Below are positions 1-9,848 of a DNA stretch of 64,000 nt, in pieces. The DNA is from Spirochaetales bacterium. GTDB taxonomy: Bacteria > Spirochaetota > Spirochaetia > JABEVK01. The position numbers were made by a program, and so were the translations under genes. How positions within the stretch are numbered: the stretch's first letter is position 1; each line of letters begins with the position of its first letter. Under the pieces are notes generated by a model, which ran no database searches, had not been told where the DNA came from, and worked only from the letters and a program-made list of their open reading frames with translations. The DNA is taken from positions 64,001 through 128,000 of the forward strand of contig JBAXAI010000003.1 in NCBI GenBank assembly GCA_037142615.1. The letters are read 5' to 3'.

Positions 1-1311
1 ACGCTCGGCCGGGTAGAGCTTGTCGAACGAGTCCTTGAACACGGTGATCGAGCCGACAAAGTTGGTTCCGTCAAAAATGGGCACCACCGCGACCAGCCGT
101 TGAAGCCCTTTGATGCCCTCGGGCATCTCGGTGGAAATCGCAATGTCATTCGCGGTCATGGCCTGCTTGAGCAAACGTTTGCCGAAGTCCTTCAGGTCCT
201 CGAGGGGCGTGTTCTGCAGTTCGGGAACATCGTAGGTGGTGCGCAGGATCAAATCATTGAGCTTGGCCTTGTCGAGGCTCTTGATGTTCTTGTTTTCTGA
301 CAGCGGCGTGCAATAGCCCGAGATGTGGCCCACATCCTCGACCCGGAGGATATTCCCTACCGCGCGCCGAACCGTCATTCCGGTCATCCGGTATTCGGGC
401 ACCACCATACGTTCCTTCACCTTGTCGAGGGAACTTTCCATGGCCTCGCGGATCATCACCAGGTCTTCCTTGTCCGATGAAGCGATGACTCGGCGGATCA
501 ACAACGCCTGCGTGTGCTGGCGCGCTTCGATCTTGTTGCGGTCGCTTCGGAGCTGGTAGTTCGACCAGAAAAAGAACTCTTCCACCAGTCGGACGACGAA
601 CATGATGTTGAGGATGGTGTACCAGTACAGCGGCAGATTGACCTGCTGGTGCACTTCGGTGGGCGGCGCGATCGACAAGATATCGATCAGCATGACGAAG
701 GCGAGGGCCATCATCGTGTAGAACGGGTAACCCCGCTTGCGGATCACGCCTTCCTGCAGGTTGAAGACTTTGCGAGCCGCAAAAAACGCCACAATGATCA
801 GCGACAACGTGAAGAGAATGGTAAGGATCTTCATGTGCGACGAGTACCCGAGCACGGGGTTCGCCTTGGCGTCGTCAGAAAGGAGCAGGCTCAAGAAGCC
901 GCTGGAATGGTCCCAGTTGAAGCCGCCGACATAAAGCAACATCACCAGCCCGAACCCGCCAAACAGCCCGAACCAGAGGGCCAGAGACTTCAGTCCTTTG
1001 CGGAAGTCGACAGCCAGAAAGGACTCTTCGATGCGCTTCACGTGAATGGCATACTCAAGGAACATGAACGCCAGGAAGTACAGCACCCCCGAGGCAACGA
1101 GAAGCTGGGGCCAGATCAGCAACCAGGAGTCCTTCATCACCCAACTGGCGGTTTGCGCGATTCCGACGGCCGCGATCGCCAAGAGCGCCAGAAAAAGATA
1201 GTTGGTTCGCTTCTGGGGCCCGTGCCGGAACATGCGTTCGGCCCAGAAGATGCCGCCGATGGCGATCACGGGAATGAAGCTGAAGAGATGGAAGTCGATT
1301 AACAGGTCCAT
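1..1311 (-). CDS. Partial multi-TM sensor with GAF-like cytoplasmic region (C-terminus beyond window; possibly SpoIIE/PP2C phosphatase)
   Basis: Not in the ORF track because it runs off the edge. ATG at 1311, 3 nt after the upstream TAG; read as MDLLIDFHLFSFIPVIAIGG..., several hydrophobic helices, then ...RLVAVVPIFDGTNFVGSITVFKD (GAF-like). The phosphatase call is inferred from context only. Confidence 0.7.
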   Translation of the reverse strand, partial: MDLLIDFHLFSFIPVIAIGGIFWAERMFRHGPQKRTNYLFLALLAIAAVGIAQTASWVMKDSWLLIWPQLLVASGVLYFLAFMFLEYAIHVKRIEESFLAVDFRKGLKSLALWFGLFGGFGLVMLLYVGGFNWDHSSGFLSLLLSDDAKANPVLGYSSHMKILTILFTLSLIIVAFFAARKVFNLQEGVIRKRGYPFYTMMALAFVMLIDILSIAPPTEVHQQVNLPLYWYTILNIMFVVRLVEEFFFWSNYQLRSDRNKIEARQHTQALLIRRVIASSDKEDLVMIREAMESSLDKVKERMVVPEYRMTGMTVRRAVGNILRVEDVGHISGYCTPLSENKNIKSLDKAKLNDLILRTTYDVPELQNTPLEDLKDFGKRLLKQAMTANDIAISTEMPEGIKGLQRLVAVVPIFDGTNFVGSITVFKDSFDKLYPAER

Positions 1312-1314
1312 GGT

Positions 1315-2436
1315 CTACTCCTTGGGTAGGTAGTCTTGCAGGCGTTTTGCCCAACCAGCCACCTGGGCTTGGACCCCGTTGCCGGGCGCGGGTTCTTGGA
1401 TGAGGCGGGCGATGAAGGCGGAGTTTTCCTCGGACTTTTCCTTGGCGAACGAACTGACGGCCCTGACGATTTCGACTCCCAGAATGACCCCCTGAAGGGA
1501 CCCGGCCACCGAGATCAGGCTGCTGGTTTCCTCTTCGGTCTCTTTGTCGGCGTCGGTCACCACGCGCATCACGGTCGCGATGGTGGTCTGCAGCAGGCCG
1601 ATGACCTCTTCGATTTCGCCGAGGGACAACTCCGTTTCTTTGGCCAGAGCGCGAATCTCCTTGGCCACAACCTCGAAGCCGCGACCCGAAACTCCGGCGC
1701 GGGCCGAAACAATCGACGCATTGATCGAAAGAATGTGAATCTTGTCGGACACCTCGCTCATCAGGCCGAGAATCTTGGCGATCCGCAGCGAGTGTTCGTA
1801 AAGCACCTTGGTCTGCCCCAGCGACTCCGACAGGGCCCCCGTGACAATCCTGAGGCCACCCTGCACCTTTTCGGAAAGGTCAAAGGCCTGCTTGGCCGAA
1901 TTGGCCAAGTTGTCCGAAATCTCGTACCCGCGAACCACATTCTCGCGGACGAAATCAACGCCTTCCTGAATTTCGACCAGTTTTCCAGACAGGGGTGACG
2001 GTTGGTCGAGCACCTTCGGCAACTCGCTCAAGAAGGGCAGCAGCTCGCGGATCAGCGCCTGAGCCTCGGCAAGGGCCTCGACGGCTGCAGTCTGGGTTTG
2101 CACGTCAGCGTTCTCGGGAGGCAAGGGTCCGACCTCCGGTCCAACGTCGCCAGCAGGTTCCTCTTCTTCGGCCAAGTCGTCCTGAAAGGCGACGGGATCG
2201 CTTTGAAAAGCGACGGGTACCTCGAGTGCCGGGGTCAGAACAAGGCCTGCGGGTGCCACGGCGACGCGGCCCTTTTCGGGCCAAAACAAGCGCTCGCCCG
2301 CAAAAAACAAGCCCACGGCCAGTGCGATATCGCACAAAACGCCCCAGGGCAGGGGAATCAGCGAAAACGCGCCAAAACCCGCGGCTCCCAACGCCAGAAA
2401 GACGGCAAAGGCGATCCGGCGGTTGAAGGGGCTCAT
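1315..2436 (-). CDS. Short methyl-accepting chemotaxis-like protein (2 TM + MCP signalling domain)
   Basis: ILSINASIVSARAGVSGRGFEVVAKEIRALA MCP tip motif; ATG at 2436 overlaps the upstream stop (ATGA). Confidence 0.8.
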   Translation of the reverse strand: MSPFNRRIAFAVFLALGAAGFGAFSLIPLPWGVLCDIALAVGLFFAGERLFWPEKGRVAVAPAGLVLTPALEVPVAFQSDPVAFQDDLAEEEEPAGDVGPEVGPLPPENADVQTQTAAVEALAEAQALIRELLPFLSELPKVLDQPSPLSGKLVEIQEGVDFVRENVVRGYEISDNLANSAKQAFDLSEKVQGGLRIVTGALSESLGQTKVLYEHSLRIAKILGLMSEVSDKIHILSINASIVSARAGVSGRGFEVVAKEIRALAKETELSLGEIEEVIGLLQTTIATVMRVVTDADKETEEETSSLISVAGSLQGVILGVEIVRAVSSFAKEKSEENSAFIARLIQEPAPGNGVQAQVAGWAKRLQDYLPKE

Positions 2437-2813
2437 TCGACTTTGACGGCTCCGGGAACCAAGAACGTGAGCGTGGGAAGGCTGGTCACCTGCCAGGTGA
2501 TGGCCTTGTTGTGCGCGATGCGGATCTGGTACTTCTTGTCGGCCGGGAGCATGGCCAGTTTCATGATCCACTTAGCGACAGCCTTGATGCCCGAGGAGTT
2601 CAGGAACGTCAGACCGTTGAAGTCGGCGACAACGAAGGGGACCTTCTGGGCCACCATGCCGCTGTGGATCTTCTCAAAAAGCGGGTCAAGGATGATGCTC
2701 GGGTCTTCCATGTCGATGTCACCGATGAGCTTCACCAGCAGGCCGTCGTCCTTGTCGAGCACCTCGATCTTGATCTTGTCTTGCGAAATCGAATCAACGT
2801 TCAGTCTGTTCAT
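2433..2813 (-). CDS. STAS-like Slr1659/SiaC-type regulator (anti-anti-sigma-like)
   Basis: DFNGLTFLNSSGI phospho-Ser motif and the TWQVTSL C-terminal motif typical of Slr1659-like proteins. Confidence 0.75.
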   Translation of the reverse strand: MNRLNVDSISQDKIKIEVLDKDDGLLVKLIGDIDMEDPSIILDPLFEKIHSGMVAQKVPFVVADFNGLTFLNSSGIKAVAKWIMKLAMLPADKKYQIRIAHNKAITWQVTSLPTLTFLVPGAVKVE

Positions 2814-2827
2814 GGCATTCCTCTTTT

Positions 2828-3295
2828 TTATTTAACGATGATGGTGAAGGTGATCTTGTGTTCGGGGGTAACCACCAGCTTGATATCGGCTCCGATTTCG
2901 TAGCGGATGCGTGCCAAGCCGAGTTGGCTCTTGCCGTCGGTCCGTGTGGCGGCTTCGCGCATCTGCACGATGTAGGCCTCCAGCGGATCACCGGTCATGA
3001 TCTTTTTGTACAAGGCCCGCACTTCGGTGGCGCCCTTTTCGGTGGCCTGATTGGTCACCGAGCACTCGATCACACCGGTTTCGGGGAAGGCCTTGACGAT
3101 GCAATGGGTATCTTCGCTGGCGCCGTACTTGACGGCGTTCTCGAGCAGTTCGCTCGCGGCCATGGCGATGCCGTCGGCCTTGCCTTGGTCCGATAGCGCA
3201 ATGGCGATGAAGTTCTGAATGAAGACTCGGGCCGGTGAAATGTACTTCCACCGGGGTCCAAAACGGATCTCAATATAGCCGTCGGGTGTTGCCAT
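2828..3295 (-). CDS. HATPase-fold anti-sigma/Ser kinase-like protein (Slr1658/SiaB-type)
   Basis: ELLENAVKYG N-box, GDPLEAY, SQLGLARI G-box; SD AAGGA before ATG 3295. Confidence 0.75.
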   Translation of the reverse strand: MATPDGYIEIRFGPRWKYISPARVFIQNFIAIALSDQGKADGIAMAASELLENAVKYGASEDTHCIVKAFPETGVIECSVTNQATEKGATEVRALYKKIMTGDPLEAYIVQMREAATRTDGKSQLGLARIRYEIGADIKLVVTPEHKITFTIIVK

Positions 3296-3336
3296 GGTCG
3301 CCGTCCTTTTGCCCGCAATTCCTTGGGGTAACAATG

Positions 3337-3365
3337 ATCATAGGCCGGCCCTACCCAAATGGCAA
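3337..3365 (-). promoter_or_regulatory. Sigma70-type promoter of the partner-switch operon
   Basis: TTGCCA-17 nt-TATGAT on the minus strand. Confidence 0.6.
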
Positions 3366-3385
3366 GTTAATTGACAGTGGGGCGC

Positions 3386-4348
3386 CTACCAGACAAAGAG
3401 GTTGGCCCCATAAGAAAGTCCGGCACCGAATCCGACCGTGAGCAGGAGGTCTCCTCGAACCAGGAGCCCTTTGGCGTCCATTTCGGCCAAAGCCAGCGGA
3501 ATCGTGGCTCCGGACGTGTTCGCGTAGTTTTCCATGTTCAGGTAGAAGCGCTCGAGTGGCACGCCGAGTCGCTTGGCTGCGGAGTCAACGATGCGCACGT
3601 TGGCCTGGTGGGGAACGATCCACTTCACTTCGTCGAGGCTGCGGCCGTTGCGCGCCAGGATTTCGAGGATACTGTCCTTGACGACACGGATGGCAAAGGC
3701 GTAAACCGCCCGGCCGTCCATGGCCACACAGGAACTGAGCTGGTCGGTCACGGGACTTCGGGTTCCACCGGTGGGCCTGGTCAGCGCGGTGGCGCCTTCG
3801 CCTTCGGAGCGGAGGAACGAAGGGTAAAACGACACGCTGGAATCCGGACCGAGCAGCACGGCGCCCGCGCCGTCGCCAAACAAAATGCACGTGTTGCGGT
3901 CGCTCCAGTTGATGATGCGGCTGAAGGTTTCGGCGCCAATCACCAAAACGTGCTTTGCGGTGCCGGCGACAATGAAAGCCCGGGCCGTTTCGAGGGCGTA
4001 CACAAACCCGGTGCAGGCTGCGGCGATGTCGAAAGCCCCCGCGTTCGTCGCACCAAGGCCATGCTGCACAAGGCTGGCCGTGGCGGGAAAGCCCAGGTAG
4101 TCGGGCGTACTGGTGGCAACAAGGACCAGATCAAGTTGGGCGGGATCGAAAGCGGCCCGTTCGAGTGCCTGCCGCCCCGCAGCGAGCGCGAGGTCGGAAG
4201 TGGCTTCGTGGTCGGCAGCAATACGCCGACGTCGGATGCCTGTGTGGCTGTAGATCCACTCATCTGAGGTGTCGACCAATCGAGACAGCTCTTCGTTTTC
4301 CATGATTCGCTGGGGAACGTAGAGTCCCGTGGATAGTATTCGCGGCAT
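3386..4348 (-). CDS. fabH: 3-oxoacyl-ACP synthase III
   Basis: AACTGF catalytic Cys, PHQAN, YANTSGA, GFGAGL motifs. Confidence 0.95.
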   Translation of the reverse strand: MPRILSTGLYVPQRIMENEELSRLVDTSDEWIYSHTGIRRRRIAADHEATSDLALAAGRQALERAAFDPAQLDLVLVATSTPDYLGFPATASLVQHGLGATNAGAFDIAAACTGFVYALETARAFIVAGTAKHVLVIGAETFSRIINWSDRNTCILFGDGAGAVLLGPDSSVSFYPSFLRSEGEGATALTRPTGGTRSPVTDQLSSCVAMDGRAVYAFAIRVVKDSILEILARNGRSLDEVKWIVPHQANVRIVDSAAKRLGVPLERFYLNMENYANTSGATIPLALAEMDAKGLLVRGDLLLTVGFGAGLSYGANLFVW

Positions 4349-4383
4349 GTTCCCTCCGGTTTGGACGGCGCCATCTTAAGCGG

Positions 4384-4412
4384 TTGACAAAAAAAAATCC
4401 ACTGGATATATT
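4384..4412 (+). promoter_or_regulatory. tRNA promoter
   Basis: TTGACA-17 nt-TATATT. Confidence 0.75.
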
Positions 4413-4424
4413 CCTGTTCGTTCT

Positions 4425-4497
4425 GGGGATATAGCTCAGTTGGTAGAGCACTACAATGGCATTGTAGGGGTCAGGAGTTCGAATCTCCTTATCTCCA
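4425..4497 (+). tRNA. tRNA-Ala (GGC), CCA not encoded
   Basis: Cloverleaf GGGGATA/TATCTCC with G3:U70, anticodon stem CTACA/TGTAG with loop ATGGCAT, T-loop TTCGAAT. Confidence 0.97.
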
Positions 4498-4522
4498 TAT
4501 TTTCAAGGTTTCCCAATACAAC

Positions 4523-4579
4523 GAAAGCCAGATAGAGCAAGGATTTAGCTGAAAAGCTAGCCTGCTTAGTCTGGCTTTC
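4523..4579 (+). terminator. Long imperfect hairpin downstream of tRNA
   Basis: GAAAGCCAGA...TCTGGCTTTC outer stem with inner TAGCT/AGCTA stem, followed by a T-rich tract. Confidence 0.5.
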
Positions 4580-4787
4580 TTTGCTTCACACTCGATTCGG
4601 ATTGTCTCACTATTGGCGCACGGGACCTTGGGGGTGCCCTGGCGACGGAACCGCCTATGGTAGCCAGTTGCAAGGTAACTGCGGCTGGCAGGTTTTGGGC
4701 ATCATTCGTGAGACTTAAAGTTTCAAAATGAAGGTGCAAAAGTGCTTATTCTTGACACCCTTCGCTTTCAGCGGCCATCCTTGGGGC

Positions 4788-5756
4788 ATGTCAGACGGGC
4801 GCAAGAAAAAAATCACGGTGGACGATCTGGTGCGACATTCCGGAGTCTCGCGGAGTTCCGTGTTCCGGTACTTTCAGGGTAAACCCCTGAAACCGGCTCT
4901 GAAAGAGGCCCTGGAAACTGCGATTTCCCATTTGGAAGGCGCTGGGCCCCGGTCCGGGCTGGGCCAGAAACTGGTGCAGGAAGTCTTGGTCTCGATGGCG
5001 CCGGGAGGGGCCAAGTTTGCCGGGTTCGCGCAGGTGGTCGATGGGCTGATGGAACGGCTGGCCGAAGTCGGCGGCAAGGTCCGGTTAGTTTCGGGGACAG
5101 ACCTCCCCACGGAACGAACCTCCGGGGCGGGTGTCGTCATCCTGGGGAAGAACCTGGCAGAAGAGGAGGCCGAGGCAACTCAACTCGAGGCGGCGGGAAT
5201 CCCCTTTGTGCTCATCAACCGCCTGTTGCCGCATTCCCGCTGGAGTTCGGTGGGCATCGACAACCGCCGCGCCGCTGCCGAAGTCGTCGGACTGCTGCTC
5301 GATCGGGGACACCGGCGCATTGGGCTGTCGGCCGAGGGCTCGGAAGTGAACCGGAACGTCGCCGACAAAGTGCTGGGGTTCCAGGACGCTTTCACCGCGC
5401 GAAACCTGCCGGTGCCGGGCGAGTTCGGCGGGCTGGGCGGCCCCGAACGTCCAACCGCTTGGTTCGCCTTCGACGACGAGGCGGCCATCCAAATCATCCG
5501 CGACGCGCAGAACGCCGGTTTGAGGGTTCCGCAGGATCTGGCCGTTCTTGGGTTCAACGACCTCGAGTCGGGCCTGTATGCCTCCCCGTCGCTGTCGACC
5601 GTGCACGTCCCTTTCCGGCGGTTTGGCACCGATGCCGTCGAAGTTTTGAACGCCCTGATGGCCGACCCCGGTCGGAAGTCTATCCAGTGGGTTCTGAAGC
5701 ACCAACTCATCGAAAGGGAGTCCACAGGGCCCCACACCAAAAACCAAGGAGAATAG
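4788..5756 (+). CDS. LacI-family transcriptional regulator
   Basis: ITVDDLVRHSGVSRSSVFRYF HTH; VPQDLAVLGFND, LSTVH, LIERES. Start placed after TTGACA...CATCCT promoter. Confidence 0.9.
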   Translation: MSDGRKKKITVDDLVRHSGVSRSSVFRYFQGKPLKPALKEALETAISHLEGAGPRSGLGQKLVQEVLVSMAPGGAKFAGFAQVVDGLMERLAEVGGKVRLVSGTDLPTERTSGAGVVILGKNLAEEEAEATQLEAAGIPFVLINRLLPHSRWSSVGIDNRRAAAEVVGLLLDRGHRRIGLSAEGSEVNRNVADKVLGFQDAFTARNLPVPGEFGGLGGPERPTAWFAFDDEAAIQIIRDAQNAGLRVPQDLAVLGFNDLESGLYASPSLSTVHVPFRRFGTDAVEVLNALMADPGRKSIQWVLKHQLIERESTGPHTKNQGE

Positions 5757-5758
5757 CC

Positions 5759-6958
5759 ATGAAAAATTTACCCACCGAATTCGTCCTCGAGCCTCTCACC
5801 AACCCCACCCGCTTTTCGCGGGGTCCCGGCCTCACCTCCAGCGCGCTCGACCGGGCGATTTCCAAAGCTTTGAAGACCGTGAAAGCCAACATCGCCCGAT
5901 TCCCGGCAGGGTCCTATCCTCCGCCGGCCAGCACAGGCCAGGTGTACACGCCCATCGCCAACACCGAGTGGACTTCCAGCTTCTGGACCGGCCAATTGTG
6001 GCTTGCTTACGAACTCACCGGCGAAAAACGCTACCTGACCGCAGCCCAGTCCCACCTTCCCGATTACCGGAGGCGGCTCGACACCCGGACGGCCATCGAT
6101 ACCCAAGACCTGGGGTTTCTGTACAGCCTGTCGGCCGTCGCCGAGTTCAAACTGACCGGCAACCCCGAAGCGCGCGCCACGGCTCTCAAGGCCGCCGACC
6201 TGCTGATGGTCCGCTATTTTGAGAAGGCCGGGGTCATCCAGGCCTGGGGCGATTTGAACGACCCGGTGAACAAGGGGCGGATCATCATCGACTGCGCCAT
6301 GAACATGCCCCTGCTGTTCTGGGCCAGCGAACAAACGGGGAACCTCTACTACCGCGAGGCTGCCGCCGCGCACCTGGCGCAGGCCAACCGCTACTTGATC
6401 CGCCCCGACGCGTCGAGCTTCCACACCTACTTTTTCAACACGGAATCCGGCGAACCCCTGCGGGGCAAAACGGCTCAGGGCTACGCCGACGACTCCTGCT
6501 GGGCCCGGGGACAGGCTTGGGGAATCCTGGGTCTGCCTTTGAGCTTCCGCTACCACGACGACCCCGCCTACCTCGAAACCGCCCGGAAGCTGGCCCACTA
6601 CTTTCTGAACCGCCTGCCCGAGGACTTTGTCTGTTACTGGGACCTGTGTTTCACCTCTGGGCCCGAAGAACGTGACTCGTCGGGTGCAGCCATCGCCGCC
6701 TGCGGCCTGCTGGAACTCGCCAAGGCCCTGCCCGCGACCGACCCGTGGCGCCGCACTTACGAGGACGCCGCGCTCAAAATCGTAGGGTCGCTGGCCAAAA
6801 ACTACACCGCCGACCTGCCGGCCTCCAACGGCCTTCTGCTTCACGGGGTGTACAGCAAACCCGGCAAGGCTGGCGTCGATGAGTGCCAGGCGTGGGGCGA
6901 CTACTTCTACCTCGAGGCGCTGGTCCGCCTGAAGAAGAGCTGGAAGGCATACTGGTGA
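5759..6958 (+). CDS. Unsaturated glucuronyl hydrolase (GH88)
   Basis: [45 protein letters not shown]; SD AAGGAG. Confidence 0.9.
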   Translation: MKNLPTEFVLEPLTNPTRFSRGPGLTSSALDRAISKALKTVKANIARFPAGSYPPPASTGQVYTPIANTEWTSSFWTGQLWLAYELTGEKRYLTAAQSHLPDYRRRLDTRTAIDTQDLGFLYSLSAVAEFKLTGNPEARATALKAADLLMVRYFEKAGVIQAWGDLNDPVNKGRIIIDCAMNMPLLFWASEQTGNLYYREAAAAHLAQANRYLIRPDASSFHTYFFNTESGEPLRGKTAQGYADDSCWARGQAWGILGLPLSFRYHDDPAYLETARKLAHYFLNRLPEDFVCYWDLCFTSGPEERDSSGAAIAACGLLELAKALPATDPWRRTYEDAALKIVGSLAKNYTADLPASNGLLLHGVYSKPGKAGVDECQAWGDYFYLEALVRLKKSWKAYW

Positions 6959-8583
6959 ACCCCGGCGACTTCATGCCCTGGGTGGCTCGGACCGACGCCG
7001 AAAAGGCCGCGCAGCGCGAGCATCAGCAGACCTTGGCGCTCCAGTTCCCCTGCAGTTTTGGGGACGATAGCTTCGTGTCGCCCGAAGCCCTGCTGGGAGG
7101 TCTGGACGAGTTGGTTCTCGGCGACCGCAGCTACATCACCGCCGGCGCGGTGATCCGCAGTGGCCGCGTCGAGCTGGGTGATGACTGCTCAGTAAACGCC
7201 CACGCGGTGGTGGCCGGCAACGTCACCTTCGGCAATGGCGTGCGCATGTCGTCGCTGGCTTCGGTGTACGGGTTCAACCACATGTTCGACCGTACCGACG
7301 TCCCGATCCACCAGCAGGGCGTCGTCTGCAAAGGCGTGGTCATCGAGGACGATGTGTGGATTGGCTCGCACGCGGTGGTCGTCGACGGGGTGAGGGTCGG
7401 CCGGGGCTCGGTGCTTGCCGCCGGCGCGGTGGTGGTCAAGGACGTGCTGCCAGGTTCAGTGGTCGCCGGAAACCCTGCCATCGTCATCAAAACCCGGGGC
7501 GCCTCCGCTGCCAGCCCCTTGGACCGCAGTTTGAAAGAGTTTTCCGGTCGCGTGGCCGGGGAGTGGAAGAGCGTGCTGAGCGCGCATTCCATTGTGGGGG
7601 AGGAAGGCCCGGCCTGGGTGAACGAGGTGGGCGGCCCACGGACTTTCCGCGCGCTCACCGACGCTGTGGAAATCGCCGATCTGTTCGGGGCGCTCCCGCC
7701 CGGCGTCCCGCGCGCGGAGTTGGTCCGGCGCCTGCAGGTTGAGCAGAATCCCGTTACGGGCCTGGTGCCCGATCCGTTCAACCCGCCCTCGGTCACCTCG
7801 CGGCCCGAGGCCCTCGAAGATCATCTGTCGCGTTACCTGATGATGGCGGCTGGGTACTGCCTGGAGCTTCTGGGGTCGTCGTTGCCGAATGCCGTGCACG
7901 TGGTCGAAGACCTCGACGCGGAAACCCTGACCGCTCTGTTGCAAACCCAGCCGTGGGAAACCAACGCCTGGAGCGCCGGTGACTGGATCGACGCTGTGGG
8001 CACGGGGTTCGCCTTCAACCGCCGCCGCTCGCCCGCCAGCCGGCGCCCCGACGCCCTGTTCGGCTGGCTGCTCGCCCACTGCGACCCCGCCACCGGCTTG
8101 TGGGGCCGACCCACCCGCCAAGAGCGCCTGCTGCAACCCGTGAACGGGTTCTACCGCCTTACCCGAGGCACTTTCGCCCAGTTTGGCTTGCCGGTCCCGT
8201 ACCCGGAGCGGACCCTTGACAGCGTGTTGGCCCACTCGGCCGACCCCGCCTTTTTTGGGCCCGCGCGGGGCAACGCCTGCAACGTGCTCGACGTGATCCA
8301 CCCGCTTTGGCTGTGCCGCAAGCAGACCGCCTACCGGTATGAGGACGGCCAGCGGTGGGCCTTGGGCCAGCTGAAGCGCCTCCTGCAGGCGTGGGTTCCG
8401 GGCCGGGGTTTTGCCTTCACCTTCGAGCCCGCTGCCACCACCTCGCTGCAGGGCACCGAAATGGGGCTGGCCATCGTGTATTTGCTGGCCGACTACGCCG
8501 CGTCGGCGGGACCCTTGGGGTACCGGCCCCGGGGCATCCACCGCCCCGAGGCGCTCGTCAACCCGGGCCCGACAGCTGGTTAG
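6955..8583 (+). CDS. Hexapeptide-repeat (LbH) acyltransferase fused to a C-terminal helical (alpha/alpha-barrel-like) domain
   Basis: VIEDDVWIG...GAVVVKDV...VAGNPA LbH motif; C-terminal ~330 aa with [21 protein letters not shown] overlaps the GH88 stop. Confidence 0.75.
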   Translation: MNPGDFMPWVARTDAEKAAQREHQQTLALQFPCSFGDDSFVSPEALLGGLDELVLGDRSYITAGAVIRSGRVELGDDCSVNAHAVVAGNVTFGNGVRMSSLASVYGFNHMFDRTDVPIHQQGVVCKGVVIEDDVWIGSHAVVVDGVRVGRGSVLAAGAVVVKDVLPGSVVAGNPAIVIKTRGASAASPLDRSLKEFSGRVAGEWKSVLSAHSIVGEEGPAWVNEVGGPRTFRALTDAVEIADLFGALPPGVPRAELVRRLQVEQNPVTGLVPDPFNPPSVTSRPEALEDHLSRYLMMAAGYCLELLGSSLPNAVHVVEDLDAETLTALLQTQPWETNAWSAGDWIDAVGTGFAFNRRRSPASRRPDALFGWLLAHCDPATGLWGRPTRQERLLQPVNGFYRLTRGTFAQFGLPVPYPERTLDSVLAHSADPAFFGPARGNACNVLDVIHPLWLCRKQTAYRYEDGQRWALGQLKRLLQAWVPGRGFAFTFEPAATTSLQGTEMGLAIVYLLADYAASAGPLGYRPRGIHRPEALVNPGPTAG

Positions 8584-9731
8584 CGGTAGTCCCTGACCTT
8601 CTCGAACTCGTCGAGCATGGTCATAAAGTTGCCGTAACTGCTGCCGACGGCGATGGAGTGGCTGGTGCCGAAGATGTAGCCACCCCCTGGCCGGGCGTTG
8701 GTCACGGCGTAGGCCACCGACCGTTTGATGTCATCCCTGGTGCCCCGCATCAGGTGCTCGACGGGCACGCCGCCCCACAGGCAGAGTTTGTCGCCGTAGC
8801 GCTTTTTCACCTCGGCGATGTCCATCTCCGCGGTGGGCTGAATGGACTGGTAACAATCCCAACCGATGTCGACAAACATGTCCATCAGCTTCCAGTTGTT
8901 GCCGCAGGCGTGCTTGAGCACCGGTAGTTGGTACGCCTCGTGGATGCGCTGGACGCGCTCTTTGGTGTAGGGAACCACAAACTCGGCGAACAGTTCGGGT
9001 GAGATCATGGGTCCGGTCTTGTAGGCGAAATCTTGCCCCCACAGCACGGCGTCCTGCCCGGGCCGAATATAGTAATGGTCATCGAGGTGGCCTTTTTTCA
9101 GGTTGTACTTTGCCGCCGCATGGACCACGTCGGGGTTGAGCAGAAACTCCGACAGCGCCCGTTCCATTTCGCCCAGCATGGTCATCTCGACCCCGGTGCC
9201 CGAACCACCAACCAGGTATTTTTCCTTGCCCAGGTGCGCGATCACGTGATCGACCACCTCGAACACCGAAGGGTCAGGCGGGCTGGCCACCGGCTCCGCC
9301 AGGTAGTCCTCGAGGCGGTACTCCCTGTCCCACAGCAGGGGGTCATGCACCATGGTGATGTCCCAGGTGGTCTCCGAAAGCTTGAAAATGCGGCCCTCGG
9401 CGTCTTCCCAGGTTTTTTCGTCGATTCTCCGGGGTGGGTTCGGCTGGTAGTCCTTCGGGGGAACCAGGCTCGAAGCCATGGCCCCAATATTCACCAGATC
9501 GATGCAGTCGAGCTTGGTATACAGCTCGACGGTGTCTTCTTTCCAGCTTTGCACCACCTCGTCGCGGCGGCCTTCCCAAAAGGCGATTTGGCTCTTGGCT
9601 TTGGCCCTCAAGTAAGTCTCGTGGCCCAGGATTTTCTCGGCCGTGTCGAAGTCGATGGCGAACTCGCCAAACGGGATTCTGTCGGGAATCTGGTGGTTGA
9701 GCGCCGCCTGCACACGTTGTTTGGAAGTCAT
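8580..9731 (-). CDS. Uroporphyrinogen decarboxylase (URO-D/MtaA-CmuA) family protein
   Basis: MTSKQRV...[43 protein letters not shown]. Confidence 0.85.
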   Translation of the reverse strand: MTSKQRVQAALNHQIPDRIPFGEFAIDFDTAEKILGHETYLRAKAKSQIAFWEGRRDEVVQSWKEDTVELYTKLDCIDLVNIGAMASSLVPPKDYQPNPPRRIDEKTWEDAEGRIFKLSETTWDITMVHDPLLWDREYRLEDYLAEPVASPPDPSVFEVVDHVIAHLGKEKYLVGGSGTGVEMTMLGEMERALSEFLLNPDVVHAAAKYNLKKGHLDDHYYIRPGQDAVLWGQDFAYKTGPMISPELFAEFVVPYTKERVQRIHEAYQLPVLKHACGNNWKLMDMFVDIGWDCYQSIQPTAEMDIAEVKKRYGDKLCLWGGVPVEHLMRGTRDDIKRSVAYAVTNARPGGGYIFGTSHSIAVGSSYGNFMTMLDEFEKVRDYR

Positions 9732-9848
9732 GGCACCGTCCTTGTCGCTGCGAAAAGACTCCCTCGAGTTTACCCGCATTCCTCAGAGGACGCCATGGAA
9801 GACCCGGAAAACTTGACAGATCGGGGGGGGCGATCTACCCTCGACGCC

